The notes under the pieces are model-generated. The model made no database searches, was not told where the DNA came from, and saw only the letters and a program-made list of their open reading frames with translations. A DNA stretch of 64,000 bases from Pseudovirgaria hyperparasitica (taxonomy: Eukaryota): NCBI GenBank assembly GCA_010093815.1, contig ML996565.1; one strand, 5' to 3'. Of the stretch, positions 24,752-38,135 are shown one piece after another (within the stretch, counting starts at the first letter, position 1; each line of letters opens with the position of its first letter). A program made the translations under genes and the position numbers.

Positions 24752-25786
24752 ATGTCCGACTCCAGGAAGCGCACTGCCGAAGCGGCCGGTCTGGTCGAGG
24801 ACTCGAACGACCATGCGAGCAAAAACGCAAAAATACCACCCAAAGAGCCCCATGAGCTCGCACGTCGCCAGGTCGTCGGACTGGCGAAACACCAGTATCC
24901 CTCCTTCACGCATGGCCGCCATCTTTGCCAGTTTGCCATGGCTATGCGCGATAAAAGTATAGATGCGACTGCAATCACCGCCTCTAGGAGCTGGCTGTCG
25001 AGATACTTCGCCGACGAGGTGGGCAAGGCCGCGTACGATGGTTTGGAGGACTGGACTGGTGTCCTAGTTGCTGCCGTCTTGCTCGAGATGGACAACGAGG
25101 CGACCAGAGCAGATGACGCGGACAAAAGAAATGACATTACCTTTGCAGTACAGTTCATCGCCTATCGCGCCACTAACAAGATTCTCATCGCGTCCAGCAA
25201 AGATGTCGAGGCATGCTTGGAAGGCAAAGCTAGCCCAGAGTGTCTTGAGAAGGTGAAGCAGGCTTGGGCGAGCTGCAAGTCACTCCGTGATATCCTCATT
25301 CAGAACATACAAGACATCACCATTAACGCGGCCTTGGACGCACAAGTCCAGCTCGACACGTGCAAATGGCTGTGGAGGGAGGTCCGGAATCGGATTCGAA
25401 ATGGAGAGGCCATGTGCCACGTCTTCAAGGCCAGCGAATCGCTACAGCCATCCAGATTCAAGGAACGTTTCGCCAGCGTCTGTACGCAGATGGAGCGGAG
25501 CGACTGTGTGCTGAGTACCAATACCAGGCGAGGGTTTGTCCAAGCTGGAGCAGCATTCCCCGTTCCAAGCACTTCGACCTTTCAGGAAACACCTAGCCAT
25601 TTCGATGATCATAGCGGCGACGAAATGTATTGGTATGAATCGTTGAGGGAAGACCTCGAGATTTGCGTAGAAGAACGTGCTGCATTCGAGAAACACGTAC
25701 GTGCTCTTTCCTTCATTCCGCTCGAAAGGACCGCTCTCTACAGCTCACTGACAAGACACAGGCCAAAAACTTGCTACAGAGATTGA
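24752..25786 (+). CDS. Hypothetical protein (344 aa)
   Basis: Intronless ATG ORF with protein-like composition and a basic N-terminus (SRKRTA); no family recognised. Confidence 0.65.
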   Translation: MSDSRKRTAEAAGLVEDSNDHASKNAKIPPKEPHELARRQVVGLAKHQYPSFTHGRHLCQFAMAMRDKSIDATAITASRSWLSRYFADEVGKAAYDGLEDWTGVLVAAVLLEMDNEATRADDADKRNDITFAVQFIAYRATNKILIASSKDVEACLEGKASPECLEKVKQAWASCKSLRDILIQNIQDITINAALDAQVQLDTCKWLWREVRNRIRNGEAMCHVFKASESLQPSRFKERFASVCTQMERSDCVLSTNTRRGFVQAGAAFPVPSTSTFQETPSHFDDHSGDEMYWYESLREDLEICVEERAAFEKHVRALSFIPLERTALYSSLTRHRPKTCYRD

Positions 25787-26749
25787 GCTTTATGGCTCAG
25801 TGCAATGCGGACAGGGCGAGCGACGGAGCAGCGGTAGCAGTCGGGATGCTCGAAGCGTTGTGATGGGCATGGACTTGGCCTTGGACTCTTGTCATCCGGG
25901 AGACAGAGAGGGCAGGTGTGCCTGGTGTGGAGGGTAATGGCTCATCAGGCATCAAGGCAGACGTTAGTCGAGCTTGAAGATGTAAGGGTCCGACTGTGTA
26001 CGTAATCAGGCAAGCTAGGTAATAATGACTAGCCAGGCACAGAACGGCATGAGGTGCTGGTGCTGGTGCTGGTGCTCAAACGAAGCGGCCTCGGTCGTTG
26101 ATTACCTACATTGTCTTGTGCTTGTGTCGCCTTCTGTCATTTCAAGTTGAGGAAAGGCTGTCTGTCTTGCAAGAGTTTACCTTCAAGACTGAGCCTCGGC
26201 AACAACTCATCACGTGCGCCGGTGGTAGTCTGAGACATGTGTAGGACATGGGATACGCAACGTCGTCGACTCTGAGGGGCTGATATGTTTGGACGCATGA
26301 TGGAGGACGGCAGGGCGGGCAGGTATGTATATATATATATATATCATGCAATCTAAATATACATGACATGACAGGACAGGACAGGGTCAAGAACAGGGAC
26401 GAATTGCGGAGAGTGCGTTGTGCATTACACAGGGTGACGGAGACGACTGCGAGGGACCAGTGCGGGCTATGTCTATGTATACACGTATGCATGCATGATA
26501 TGATACACACACAGACCCAGACCCAGGTCCACGACGCATAAGCGAAGGTGTGTTTGTGTGCGTGCGTGTCGGTGGTCTGAAAATCCCAACAGAATTGTTG
26601 GGATTGAACAGCCGATCATCTCGTGGACGTGAATGTGGAGTGGTGGAGACGCCCGGGGGGTTTGGGCTGAGTTGTGGCGACTAACAGTCGGAGTCGGAGA
26701 AGATGTTTCATCACGTCGTCGCTCGGCGTCTTGACGTGTGGTGTTGGTG

Positions 26750-26781
<32 letters not shown>

Positions 26782-27656
26782 AAAGCGAAGTATCCAGGGT
26801 CTTTTAGTGATGGATTAGTAGTGCTGGCCAACAACAATGATTAATTATGCCGAGGTGGGCAGAAAGGTACAGAACATCTGATCAGCTTAGGGCCAAGACT
26901 GTTTTTGGGCTTAGTGTGGCCGAATACAGTAGGCGGTGAGAGGAGCTCTGCCCAGAAGAACACCCGCCATAGGGCTGAAGACGTCACCTGCCGCGCACTA
27001 GTTAGACCTATCCCTCCATCACCAGTGGAGGGAGTCGGAGTCTAGACAGCGCAAGTGCCTATCACGAAGAAAGTCCGGCTGCAAGAAGATAAGACGGAAA
27101 CTAAGTAATTATACTGTGAGGTCAAGGGAGAAGAAAACATGCCGGTCAATTGGCTTGTGATGGTCATGGCTGACGGACTTGCGGAGGAGGCGGACCAGCC
27201 AGGGCAATTATCCATGATTCCCCCCTCCTCGGGGATTGTTTCATATGACTCTTCGCTTCGACTCTCGTTCTCGCTTACATGGAACTTACATATTATCACT
27301 CTCCATACTCTAATTACAACTCTACATTCTAATTACAGTAATTATGGAAAGTCTAATTATGTCGAGGGATCCGGCCAGTTGACCTTCTTCCTGTGTGTGT
27401 GTGTGTGGGGTCGCGTGCCTGTTGTTTCTTGTCCCTGGCCCTGCCGAGTCCTCATCAATTTCGTCAGCGGTGAGACTTGTCAGCCAATCACAACTCGCCA
27501 GACCCTGCATATCAACGCTTCTTGGCGCCATGGGAAGGTGGCAGAATTTTGTTGGGGCACACCTTTCCTAATCCGACTGTTGCTTCACGCAATTCTCTCT
27601 CTGGTGTTTTTTTTTTTTTTTTTTGAATTTCGCCTGCCACTCACCACCACTAATTC

Positions 27657-27923
27657 CTGCTGCTACTGCTGCTGCTACTGCTGCTGCTACTGCTACTACT
27701 GCTACTATTCCTCCCTACCATCTCCGCCTCCCTTCGCATATCCTCCGCCCACTTCCACTCTGCTTTCCTTAAAATTCACCTGCTCGCTCATCCTTCCTTT
27801 CCTTCTCTTCTACTTCTCCTCCTTCACCTTCATCTATCCTCGCCTTCACTTGTCAGTACCCTGTACACCACACCATCTCTATTCGGTACTGTTCAGTCAC
27901 ACACACACACACACACACACACA
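27657..27923. repeat. Microsatellites upstream of OLE1: (TGCTGCTAC)n and (CA)n
   Basis: Read directly at about 27657-27707 and 27897-27923. Confidence 0.85.
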
Positions 27924-28050
27924 CTACGATTACCATACGTGTCTGTTGGCCACTGTCAACATCACTTTAATCACCTGGCTGCTGCCAGCGTCCGCATCTT
28001 CTTCTCACATACCACTCAGACAGCTGCTCTCGCTGGGCTAGCTTCCCACG

Positions 28051-29496
28051 ATGCCTTCAAACCAACCTACCGCCGGCCATTTGGCTGTTGACCCTCAATA
28101 TCTATCCTCTCAGCCCTCCTCCATGGCTTCCACGAACGAGCCTAACCGCAACAAATCATACGACCCCAAGAAGGTTCACATCACAGACACTCCAATGACG
28201 AGATCGAATTGGTACAAACATGTGAACTGGCTAAACGTCACCTTCATCATTGGTGTCCCTCTGGCCGGTTGTGTTGCTGCTTTCTGGACGCCTTTGCAAT
28301 GGAAGACTGCTGCGTGGGCGGTCCTTTACTACTTCTGGACTGGTTTGGGAATTACTGCTGGCTACCATCGTCTGTGGGCACACAAGTCGTACAGTGCCAG
28401 ACTTCCTCTCAAGATTTTCCTCGCCGCTGTCGGTGGCGGTGCTGTTGAAGGCTCAATCAGGTGGTGGAGTCGTGACCACCGCGCTCACCACCGCTACACC
28501 GACACCTCCAAGGATCCCTACTCAGTCCGCAAAGGTCTCATGTATAGCCATCTTGGTTGGATGGTCATGAAGCAGAACCCAAAGCGTATCGGCCGTACCG
28601 ACATCTCTGATCTCAACGAGGATGCTGTTGTTGTTTGGCAACACAAGAACTACTTGAAGGTTGTTATCTTCATGGGCTTGATCTTCCCCATGATGGTTTC
28701 TGGCCTGGGCTGGGGTGACTGGCTCGGCGGCTTCATCTATGCCGGTATCCTCCGTATCTTTTTCGTTCAGCAAGCCACATTCTGTGTAAACTCGCTTGCC
28801 CACTGGCTCGGCGACCAGCCCTTTGACGACCGAAACTCACCCCGCGACCACCTAATCACCGCTCTTGTAACTCTCGGAGAGGGATACCACAACTTCCACC
28901 ACGAGTTCCCGAGTGACTACCGGAACGCGATTGAGTGGCACCAGTATGATCCTACCAAGTGGTCCATCCGGATGTGGAAGTCCCTTGGCCTCGCGTACGA
29001 CCTGAAGCAATTCCGCTCAAACGAGATTGAAAAGGGCCGCGTTCAGCAACTGCAGAAGAAGCTCGACCAGAAGCGCGCTAAGCTTGACTGGGGTGTACCA
29101 CTCGAGCAACTCCCGGTTCTCGAATGGGATGACTACGTCGACCAGGCTAAGAACGGCCGTGCTCTCATTGCTGTAGCTGGCATTGTTCACGATCTCACCG
29201 ATTTTATCAAGGAGCACCCTGGTGGCAAGGCTCTCATCACATCTGGTATCGGCAAAGATGCCACTGCCATGTTCAACGGTGGTGTCTATCTCCACTCCAA
29301 CGGCGCACACAATCTCCTCAGCACAATGCGTGTCGGTATCATCCGCGGTGGTTGCGAAGTCGAGATATGGAAGCGTGCCCAGCGCGAGAACAAAGACGTC
29401 CAATATATCAAGGACGATGCTGGCAACCGCATCATTCGCGCTGGCAATCAAGTAACGAAGGTTCAACAGCCCGTCGTTAGTGCCGGTGCTGCATGA
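28051..29496 (+). CDS. OLE1: Delta-9 acyl-CoA desaturase with C-terminal cytochrome b5 domain
   Basis: His boxes HRLWAH, HRAHHRY, HNFHH; b5 heme motif HPGG; 481 aa intronless ORF. Confidence 0.97.
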   Translation: MPSNQPTAGHLAVDPQYLSSQPSSMASTNEPNRNKSYDPKKVHITDTPMTRSNWYKHVNWLNVTFIIGVPLAGCVAAFWTPLQWKTAAWAVLYYFWTGLGITAGYHRLWAHKSYSARLPLKIFLAAVGGGAVEGSIRWWSRDHRAHHRYTDTSKDPYSVRKGLMYSHLGWMVMKQNPKRIGRTDISDLNEDAVVVWQHKNYLKVVIFMGLIFPMMVSGLGWGDWLGGFIYAGILRIFFVQQATFCVNSLAHWLGDQPFDDRNSPRDHLITALVTLGEGYHNFHHEFPSDYRNAIEWHQYDPTKWSIRMWKSLGLAYDLKQFRSNEIEKGRVQQLQKKLDQKRAKLDWGVPLEQLPVLEWDDYVDQAKNGRALIAVAGIVHDLTDFIKEHPGGKALITSGIGKDATAMFNGGVYLHSNGAHNLLSTMRVGIIRGGCEVEIWKRAQRENKDVQYIKDDAGNRIIRAGNQVTKVQQPVVSAGAA

Positions 29497-30066
29497 GTTG
29501 TCTTTCTGCATACATGATAAAATGACTTTGTTCTGGGTTTGGAGCGTGTTGCTTGCCACGGCGTTTTCTGGGAGAGCAGATGTATAAACTTTTTTACAGG
29601 ATGAAGGCTGTCGTTCACATTGCTTGTGTGCACACATGAGTGACACTTGACACACACTACATGGTAGTATAGACAAGCCAATCAAAGGCAACGAAATCAA
29701 ATCACAATTGTTTGAACTTGTTCACCCTTGCAGTGATATTCGAGCCTGGACCGTGTGCAGTCTTGACTGAGCTGGTCTCTAGTGTTGTAGAGGTCATCTT
29801 ATTCATGGCTATCTCAGGTATTGTGTGTTATTCTGTCTAGTATTAGCAGTTAACTTATCAACGCCAATACACATCATGTTCATCCATCGATCATGACCAA
29901 TCCCCCGCATTCCCAAGAAATTCGCATCCCATCCATCCTAGCTACATACATACATTTCCGCCGGGGCAGATTCAACGCACAGAGTCACCCTCTACCGCTG
30001 TGATACTTGTTGTTGTCACTGTTCTTGTCATTGTCGCTGTCGTCGTTCCTGCAAGCGCTGCTTTGC

Positions 30067-31681
30067 TCAGCGAGTAGCTGCCCCTTCATCAGGAGGAGGC
30101 ACGTCGTCGTCACCATCGTCGTCGTTATGATCCCAGCCGTATAGCAGGTCGTCTGAGTCCGGGGGCTCGTCTTCGTCTTCGTCTCCGTCTTCGTCTTCGT
30201 CTCCGTCTCCGTTTTCGTCTCCGTTTTCGTCGTCCGAGTCTGCAATCTCCGTGTATGCGCGCTTAGGTGGGCGGATTGGCGAGGTGATGAGGGCGTGCTG
30301 GATTGCGACTTTGGCGGTGGTGGTGGTGGTTGCGGTGGTGTTTTCATCATCGATGTTACTGTCGTCGTTGCTGATTGGGAGTTCTGTGATGCCGGTCTGC
30401 GTTTTGCAAAAGTGAGCAATGCAACACGTGACGAGATGCAAGAAAGGGAGGGAGGGAGGGAGGGAGTGGCTTACCGCTTCAATGGTAAACGGAATCACCG
30501 ACCCAACGCCATTGCCCGTACCGCCGCCAGACGCCACACCGGGAAGCTTCTCCACGCCGACAAAGCGGAGCCGAGCGAGCCTCTCCGGCTCAACGTCCGG
30601 ATCAAACGTCTGCGCCGCCGGCGGCGGCCAGTCTCGAAACAGCACCAGTCGCGTCGCCACGCCGTTATCCCAATCACTCCCGTTGATCGCGGGCAGCAGC
30701 GCCGCACCGGCGCCCGGTCGCATGCGGGTGATGGTCTGGCTTGTTACCAGCACGACGAGGTCATGCATGGCAGCCATCTTGCCCAGCTTTGCGACCAGCT
30801 CGCTCGTCACGGCGAAGCGGCGTCCGGCGGCCCATTTTGCTGCGTCGGTGCGTTTGTTGCTTGTGCTTTGCTGTTTGGTTGTTGTTGTTGTCGTTGCTGT
30901 CGTCGTCGGCTTGCGCGGATATGCGTTGTCGAGGAGGGTGGACAGGCCGTCGATGACGATGATGCTTGTTCCTTTAGGGGGGAATGTCGCGGGGGGTCGG
31001 ATGAAGAGGGCGAGGAGGTGTGCTAGTGTCGCGGTCGAGTGTTTCTGGATCCGGTGAAGCGGGGATGTAGACGGAGTGGATGCATTCGCGTTTGCGTCTC
31101 TGACGGCTGGTTTGGGGACTATCTCCTCGAGTCGCCGGTGGACTATCGCGGCGCCTGCGTCTGCGAAAGCACCATGTTTGTCAGGGGGATGAATGTGACT
31201 ATATGGCGGGACATCTTTGCACGTACCGACCCATACCGCAGTCTGTCCTGCGTGTATGGCATTGATGCATACTTGCGCCCTGTCGACATCAACCACACGC
31301 ACGCCGTAGCAAGCCCAGTAACATACGCAAAGGTCGTCTTGCCCACTCCCGGAGGCCCGTACACTTCAGTCACCTGTCCACGCTTGAGCCCTGCACCTCC
31401 TCCTCCACCTCTTATACTCGCGCCAATTGACGTCGTCGGCGGCGGCTGTAATATGGCATCGAGCGGGGGCAGACCGGTCGGAAGACATTGCTGACCGCGC
31501 GCCCTCAGGGTCTGCAGAGCTTGAGTGGCAGATACGGTTGGTAGGCGGTCTGAGTGATAGGCAAATATATATAATTAGCTCTTGATATCACGATTGAATG
31601 GCATGCATGCATGCACAAAGTGGGTGGAAACGCACGCGACGTTGCAGACGAGGAGAGTCTGAGTTCCTGAGAGCTGGCCAT
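30067..31681 (-). CDS. RecA/Rad51-paralogue DNA repair protein (Rad55-like), 4 exons
   Basis: RLPTVSATQAL, TGLPPLDAIL, GLKRGQVTEVYGPPGVGKT (Walker A), IIVIDGLS (Walker B), acidic C-terminal tail. Confidence 0.8.
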
Positions 31682-32004
31682 GGAGCGCAATTGGTGTTGT
31701 CGAGATCCATTGCACCACGACGACGTGCACCAAGGGTGCGTGCTAGACGGTTTGCAGTCGTGGAAGCATGTTGTGTTGCTCGATAAAGTGGATGGATGGA
31801 ACCCAGGATCCTTGCATGTTAGGTCGGCGGGACGTTTTCGAGCTAGTCCGTCATGGATGTCGAGCGAGAGCAGCTAACCTCCGAGCTCTGCTCCAACCAA
31901 GCAAAACTCAACCTCCAAAGCTTCCCGCAATCCCATCAACACCACAACCTCCTCCATCACATCCCCCGAATCCATCGAGCGCCATCGCCACCAATCCATT
32001 CACA

Positions 32005-32509
32005 ATGGTTGCCATGTACACAATTGCCGGCCGTCAGGTTGGATCGCACGTCGTCAGTACCCTCCCCTCGATACACACACCCTCATCCGATCCCAAACAT
32101 TCTGCGAACAACAGGAGCCCCGGCGGCATGACCTGCTCGATGAGCGGTTCATTAAACACCAATTCATATTGCTCTTTCCAGACATGACCTCTTGACTGAC
32201 TGCGCACTGCTATAGCTTGCGATGATCACCCTCGGCACAACCTTCGGCGGTGCCGCCCTTGCGATGCGCGGCGGCGACAAGAAGGACACCACAAGCCCAC
32301 CGATAAACGCAAAGGACAAGGACGAGGAGAGCTTTGTGCAGTATGTCTACCCAATGCTTCGAGCTGTGTCGTTACGACCCAATTGGTCCGATTGGATGCG
32401 GTTCTGACGAGGATGGATGAAAAGTGGTCAACATTCTAGCGCTTTGAAAGCTAACGCGACTATCAGAAAGTTTATCAAGACCGAGGAGGACAAGAAGTCA
32501 AAAGCATGA
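32005..32509 (+). CDS. ATP19: Mitochondrial ATP synthase subunit k, 3 exons
   Basis: MVAMYTIAGRQVGSHV|LAMITLGTTFGG..PPINAKDKDEESFVQ|KFIK; introns 32053..32215 and 32341..32466. Confidence 0.9.
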
Positions 32510-32906
32510 AAACATTACACCCCCAGATTCATGGGATTGGGCTGCGACGGATAAGTTTTCGCGCGTGGCTACCGGAATAGATGCCTGCACATCGTGGCTC
32601 TGTAGATATGGCGACATGTACATCACAATCGAAACTTCACCACATGACCTGTCCAACGCATCAGTAACTTTATTGCCTTCGCCAATCTGTCTCAGCATCC
32701 TTTTAATAGAACGACAGCGCAGTTATCACAATGAGTGCGGCAGTGACGTCCTCAGTGTGATTAGTATACCCGGATGACCCTACAGCCTGGTATTGACCCC
32801 CCAAATCATGTTCCGCTCACACGCCGATACTCCTGTCATGCTCTGAACGTGCTCCTCCCAAGCTACAAAACAATGCCCGCTCCCAATAACGCATCGAATT
32901 CGTATT

Positions 32907-34522
32907 CTATTCCGCGAATTCAACCTTCTTCGTAATACTATCGTTAATCCTTGCGTAGAACCTGACAGCGTGGTGACGAGGGAAGGATATCTCTTCCAGC
33001 AGGTAGTCTGGCAAAATCTGGATCAGATCTTTATCCCGGGCTTGATCCAGGAAGGGCGTATAAGCAAATTCGACATCCTCGTAGCTTTGGCCCGTCGCTT
33101 TCTGCTCTTCGTCTGATGGGATGGTAAGGTGAAAGTGGAGCGCTGGACGTGTCAGTAGGTTTGGTGCTTTATCGTTGGATTCGTACTTACTGCCGTTTCT
33201 GCCTGTCTGGATACAATCGTAGACGTTTTCTTCGCCATTCTGCTTAATGCCCGTGATGATCAAGCCGCTGAGGTCGCTATACAAGTCTTCTTTCAATTGC
33301 CGTGTCTGAGCCTCCTTGACGGCATCAGCTGTACCTGTGTAGATTTGTCTTTGTTTGGCTGCATTGGCCGGCGCTCTGGCTGGCTCCGAGCTCTGTGCTC
33401 TCGACGCGGCAAGTCTAGCCTGCAGTGATTTGATCTCGTTCTGAGATTCGTTCAACTGGGTGGTGAGTTTTTTCTTTTCAATCTCTAATTGCTTGACATC
33501 GTCCTCGAGTCCGTCGACCTCAGTACGTAACGTTTTGGCCTGGCTCGCAATGGCTTTCTGCTCCTCAAGTTGACCCTTCAGAGCCGTGATGATGTTATTC
33601 TGGTCTACCGATGATTAGCTTTGCGCACGTGATCGTATTCGAACTGACCTTGTTCTCGTTTATCGGTGGTGCGCTTGAGTTTCTCAAAGTTGCCTTCCTT
33701 CTCTTGCATGCTGAGATCTCGCAGTTGTTTGTACTTCAGGTCAATGTTATCAAACTTCTTGGTCATTTCACCCAGCTTCCTCCGTAGCATGGGGTCTCCC
33801 CTCTCAGTGTCTGATGCGCTCCCAGCTCTTCGATGTGCTCCAGTCGTCGGTCGAGGTCTGCTTGATGCTATCGGTTGTAAGGTCTGATGTCGCCCGTTTC
33901 GTTGCGCGGCTCGCACGACTGGCTGAGTCTCCGGCACTTGCTCCACATCTCCTGAATCCTCGACGTCCATGGGGTCTACTTGTGTTTCTGGAACAGTCTC
34001 TGGCAATGCCGTTTGCTTTGCCAACTTGGCTGCTTTCTTCTCCGCCGCGGTAGGCCTCCCCTTGCTCTTCTTCGGAGCCTCGGCAGGCTCTACAATGCTT
34101 TCGTCGACTCTAGCTTTTGTTCGCTTTGTAGCCCTTGTAGCTTTCGCGGCAGGCACAGCGTCTTTCGCATTTCGCTTCGTGGCTGCATCGTCCTCAAACT
34201 CATCCACCTCCTCGGTTTCGTCGGCATTTGTGTCTCTCTCTGCCAGAGCAGAACGCTTCGTAGGTGCCCTGGACTTCTTTTCTGCCGCTGCCTTCTTGGG
34301 TTCGAGAACGCTTGCTCCGCTTGCACGCCGCGTGTTTACTTTGGCGACTCTCGAGGTGGCAGCTTTTTGCTTGGCTTTTGATTTCCCTCCCTTCCGCGCA
34401 GGGGCGCGATTCTCGACTGCGGAGTCGGGCGTGAGCAGGGCGTCACCATCTCTAGCAAATTCGTCCTCTGAAAAATCTTCCACCATACCGGAGAGGGTAA
34501 CGTTGGCCGTTCGTGGTGGCAT
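32907..34522 (-). CDS. Monopolin subunit Csm1/Pcs1 (chromosome segregation), 3 exons
   Basis: Coiled coil followed by LKEDLYSDLSGLII, YDCIQTGRNG|ALHFHL, YTPFLD, LPDYLLEEISF. Confidence 0.88.
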
Positions 34523-34999
34523 CGTGCAACAATGGGTCGTGTGAGGACTGCGATCTTTCTTGAGGTGAGTCGAACTTGGGATGCGACGAGGTTTGTTTAC
34601 GGTCCACTACGCGCGGTGGTCTGTGCGTGATAGCTACCCACCAGGGCTATCTGCGAAGCTTCCTCCATCAGATTACTCATACGTCACTGCCTTCGAAACG
34701 GCCAGAATTGATCTGATATATGAATCGCCGCTATCATGATCCCACTTCATTTAATACACCCATCAAAGAGAAATTACTAACAGCACAATGTCAAGCGCTT
34801 GCGCCAACCCAACGCACAAGTCTTATAGTCCCTGTTACAGAGTAGACCGTCATCCATGCTGAAAGCTCTCAAGCATATCCCCATGTCTCCCAGCGCTATT
34901 CCTCATCTATAAGCTATGTCAGTAGTAGATTGCGGAAGCATTACTGCACCGGATCAACATAGTACTGCTCGTTTCATGACCAGTTCCTCTTTAAAGTAC

Positions 35000-35480
35000 T
35001 CATTTCTTGTTATCATCCATTCGCGTAAGAGATACTGAGTATGATTCCAACAGCGAGCTGACCAAGCCTGTACCATTGCCATTAATGTCGACCATTGGTA
35101 ATGAACACCCACGATAAGAAACCCTGGTGTCGTCAAGGATGCTGTAACTAACGCGCGCGCTCGTTTCTCGGATGACACCAAGTATCGGTTCGACTTTCAT
35201 GTACTTCGCCAACGAGCCAACGAGAAACTGAAATTAATGGGTGAATCTCACTGGATGCCTGTTGGCTGTATTATATGATTGGGCTTCTACCTACAACAGC
35301 AAACCAGTAATTCACCGAGTGTTCCTTGGCGTACATCGCGCTGGAAATTGCTACCCTGATATGTGGAACTTCATAGACAATGTGTAAGATAACAGCCTTG
35401 TCCAGCTGGAGAAGCGCTGATGTTTCAGCAAATGCGAAGGCATACCCATGTATGGCGCTTTGCCCTGCTATGAGAATCTG
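35000..35480 (-). other. Possible spliced orphan gene fragment
   Basis: Two short minus-strand ORFs (35271..35489 and 35000..35212) with intron-like signals between them; no family recognised. Confidence 0.25.
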
Positions 35481-36539
35481 TGTACGCACGACACAGTCTT
35501 CAGCGAAAACATATCTTGGAATAAGCCGTCGAATGCGATCTTACATACGAGGACCATGTCCGTGGTTAGTCGAGGAAGAAAAATGGCTGCATTCATCATT
35601 CTAGAGAGTATAGCTGTCAGTCTTGCACTCGTAGTTACCTGGGCAATCGTGGTCACTGCGCACAAGCGCCCCCTTTCCCGTTCCATCTCAAGCCTTACAC
35701 AAGTCTCAGGCTGTGACGATCGTCTTACCTTTGTGGTGTTCGAAGCAATCTCGAGCAGTGGGGCATTGCAATCTCTGTCCAACGATTCGCCCTGAACTAT
35801 GATTTTGGGCTACGGCTTGCTTTGGGCTTTGCTCTAATTTGCGCGAGACCCCCGTTCAATCTAGGCCGCTGTGGGAGTCACTTACCCACATCTTACAGCA
35901 GTTTTTCTAATGAGTTCAGTCGCTGGCTCATATATACTGAGATTACAATACGATGATCGCATCTAAGGTCGTAGATCGCAGCGGAGTAGACCCAAGACAT
36001 GCTCTGCTGACGATAGGCTGGAAGTACCACATGCTGTGACAACCCACTGCAGTAGTGTGGCACAACCCGATATGCCACGCAGATGTAGGAAGCGCTCATG
36101 CTCCCAGGAGCCGAGCGGCAATCGAGCGTACCATACGTCGACCGGGGGACGGATCTGGAGAGCCCATATTTAGCACAAATCCCATCCTTCCTTTGTCTAG
36201 TGCGGGCCATCCATTCTCGCCAATGCGTCGTACGTGCAGTCTGTAAATAGCTTTCTCAAGCTATTACAGAGCCGCTGTAGGGATCTTCCAACAGCGCAAC
36301 CGCAGCACCACGTGCTGTATGCACATTCTCATCTTAGTCCCGAATTATGACTTGTCTAGCTCTATCAACAACTTTTACTAGGCTGTGAGCTTTTCGTCTA
36401 TCCTTTTGCAATCTTGTATCTCGTTCGTTACAATCATCTAATCATATACTCGTAATTGTACTCAAACAATAAGCTGGAAAGCTTAGTGATGTAGGCAAAG
36501 CCTCCGTGTCATCCGTGATGTCTTTCCACGCTCTAGTCT

Positions 36540-38135
36540 TCATCGTGTCATCCTCGAGGGTGCTTCGAGTTCTGGAAGCCCGCTGTATCTTGTACCTGGG
36601 CCGATCTCCTGCGGCTCTTGTACTGGGCTTTGGGATTTGGTAAAGGCTGGCGCTCCATAAGCTTTCCATTCAGGTGGAATTATCTCGTCGACTTTCTCGT
36701 CTGGCTTGCTCGTACTTTTTCGTCTTCTGATGAAGACTATGGCGGACACAATGAGGGCAATACCTACGACGGAACCAACCACGATTCCAGCAAGAGTACT
36801 GCTGGGAATTCCCTTGTTCTCCTTCACCACTGTTGCTGATGGCTCTGGCAGGCTTGGTCCGGGGTCTGGTGTGTTTTTGCAAACAGCTGTAGTGTGATCC
36901 GAGGCGATGGGTACCAAATCCTGCTCATACGTCGCCCTCCCTGGCCATATAGTGAACTTTCCAGAATCATAATTGACGAGCAAGGTCATTGCAGAGAAAA
37001 ACCCAGATCCAAACGAAGGGGTCTTGCCTCCGGTCTCACTTTGTAGGGAATCTATATTCAGAATGGGTCGGGAAGTATTGGCTTGAATTTCTCCGGAGTC
37101 CGCGATCGTGAGTTCAGGTCTGACAAGCTGGTCATTTGAGATCCGTATCGTCATTTTCCCTTCGATTTCTACAGAAGTGTCTCCTTTATATCTGTATATT
37201 TTAGTTAGTAGCTGTTAAGTATAAAGCTATCGTTCAATCTACGCGACAGGTTCATTCTCGTAAAGCATCGTGTAATAATTGGTTCCAAACGACCGATCGC
37301 TATTTCCAGAGATGGCGAGCCCCTCACGCACGTCGTAGAAATTATGGAAGACTCCAGTGAGGGGAATGGACATGACAGCGACGTCGTCGGGAAACAGGCA
37401 GGTAAGCATTGGTTCTTCTCTTGTGAAGATGCCATGATCGGTGCCATTGGGATAGTTCATAGTCATGTTTGTGACACGGATAGGCAAGCCAGAGCCACAT
37501 TCCCCACTAAACTGCACTGGCAGTGTCAAGTTGTCCCCCTGTCTCGTTGCACGGTCATACCCGCCTAGCACGATTGAACCATTGAATTGTGAGTCTCGAG
37601 AAGCCCCTACGCGCCCTGAAAAATACGACCATGATCTTGAGGGGACTGTGCCGGCCGTGTGTAGTAGGCTAAGTACCGTAGAGTTAGATCCCAGTCCTAG
37701 AGCGTTCAACGGTGTGTAACCTTGCTCGCCCCCCATCCCGGAGAGCGCAACGGCTAGGGGGAAAGCTGTCATGTTGTTGCGATCATTCAAAGTGATCACT
37801 TCGCTGTCGAGTACTACCTGTCGTCTGTCGTCAACATCGGTTGCAATTCGTGACTCGTTGACTTTTCCGCGTGTCTGCGATTCGAGTTGGCGATATAAAC
37901 CTCCACGAAAAGTGGCGCATTTTCCGGAGGGATCGTCTCGGAGACAGTTTGAGCCGTAGGCATAAGTATTGTTCGCAGCACTACAGGCATCAGAGATGAG
38001 GGAATATGCAATAGGATTGGAGAAAGTTGTCACGAGCTTACATATCAACACGAAAAGCTAGCTCTTGACCCCCAGCCTTGAGTGCCCCTTCTCAAACGAC
38101 AAGTCCATTGTCCAGTGTGAAATTGACAAGTCCTG
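36540..38135 (-). CDS. Pepsin-like (A1) fold single-pass membrane protein, probably non-catalytic; 5' end possibly disrupted
   Basis: ALGLGSNSTVL, PSRSWSYFSG, GSIVLGGYD, FGSGFFSAMTLLVNYDSGKFTI; TM LAGIVVGSVVGIALIVSAIVFI followed by RRRK. No canonical DTG motif seen. Confidence 0.7.

Noticed and set aside
27139..28041. 300-aa ORF directly upstream of OLE1
   Set aside because: Built from poly-T, (TGCTAC)n and (CA)n microsatellites; it looks like promoter/5' UTR that is open by chance.
32053..32466. ATP19 introns (163 and 126 nt) as snoRNA hosts
   Set aside because: No properly ordered C/D or H/ACA boxes recognised.
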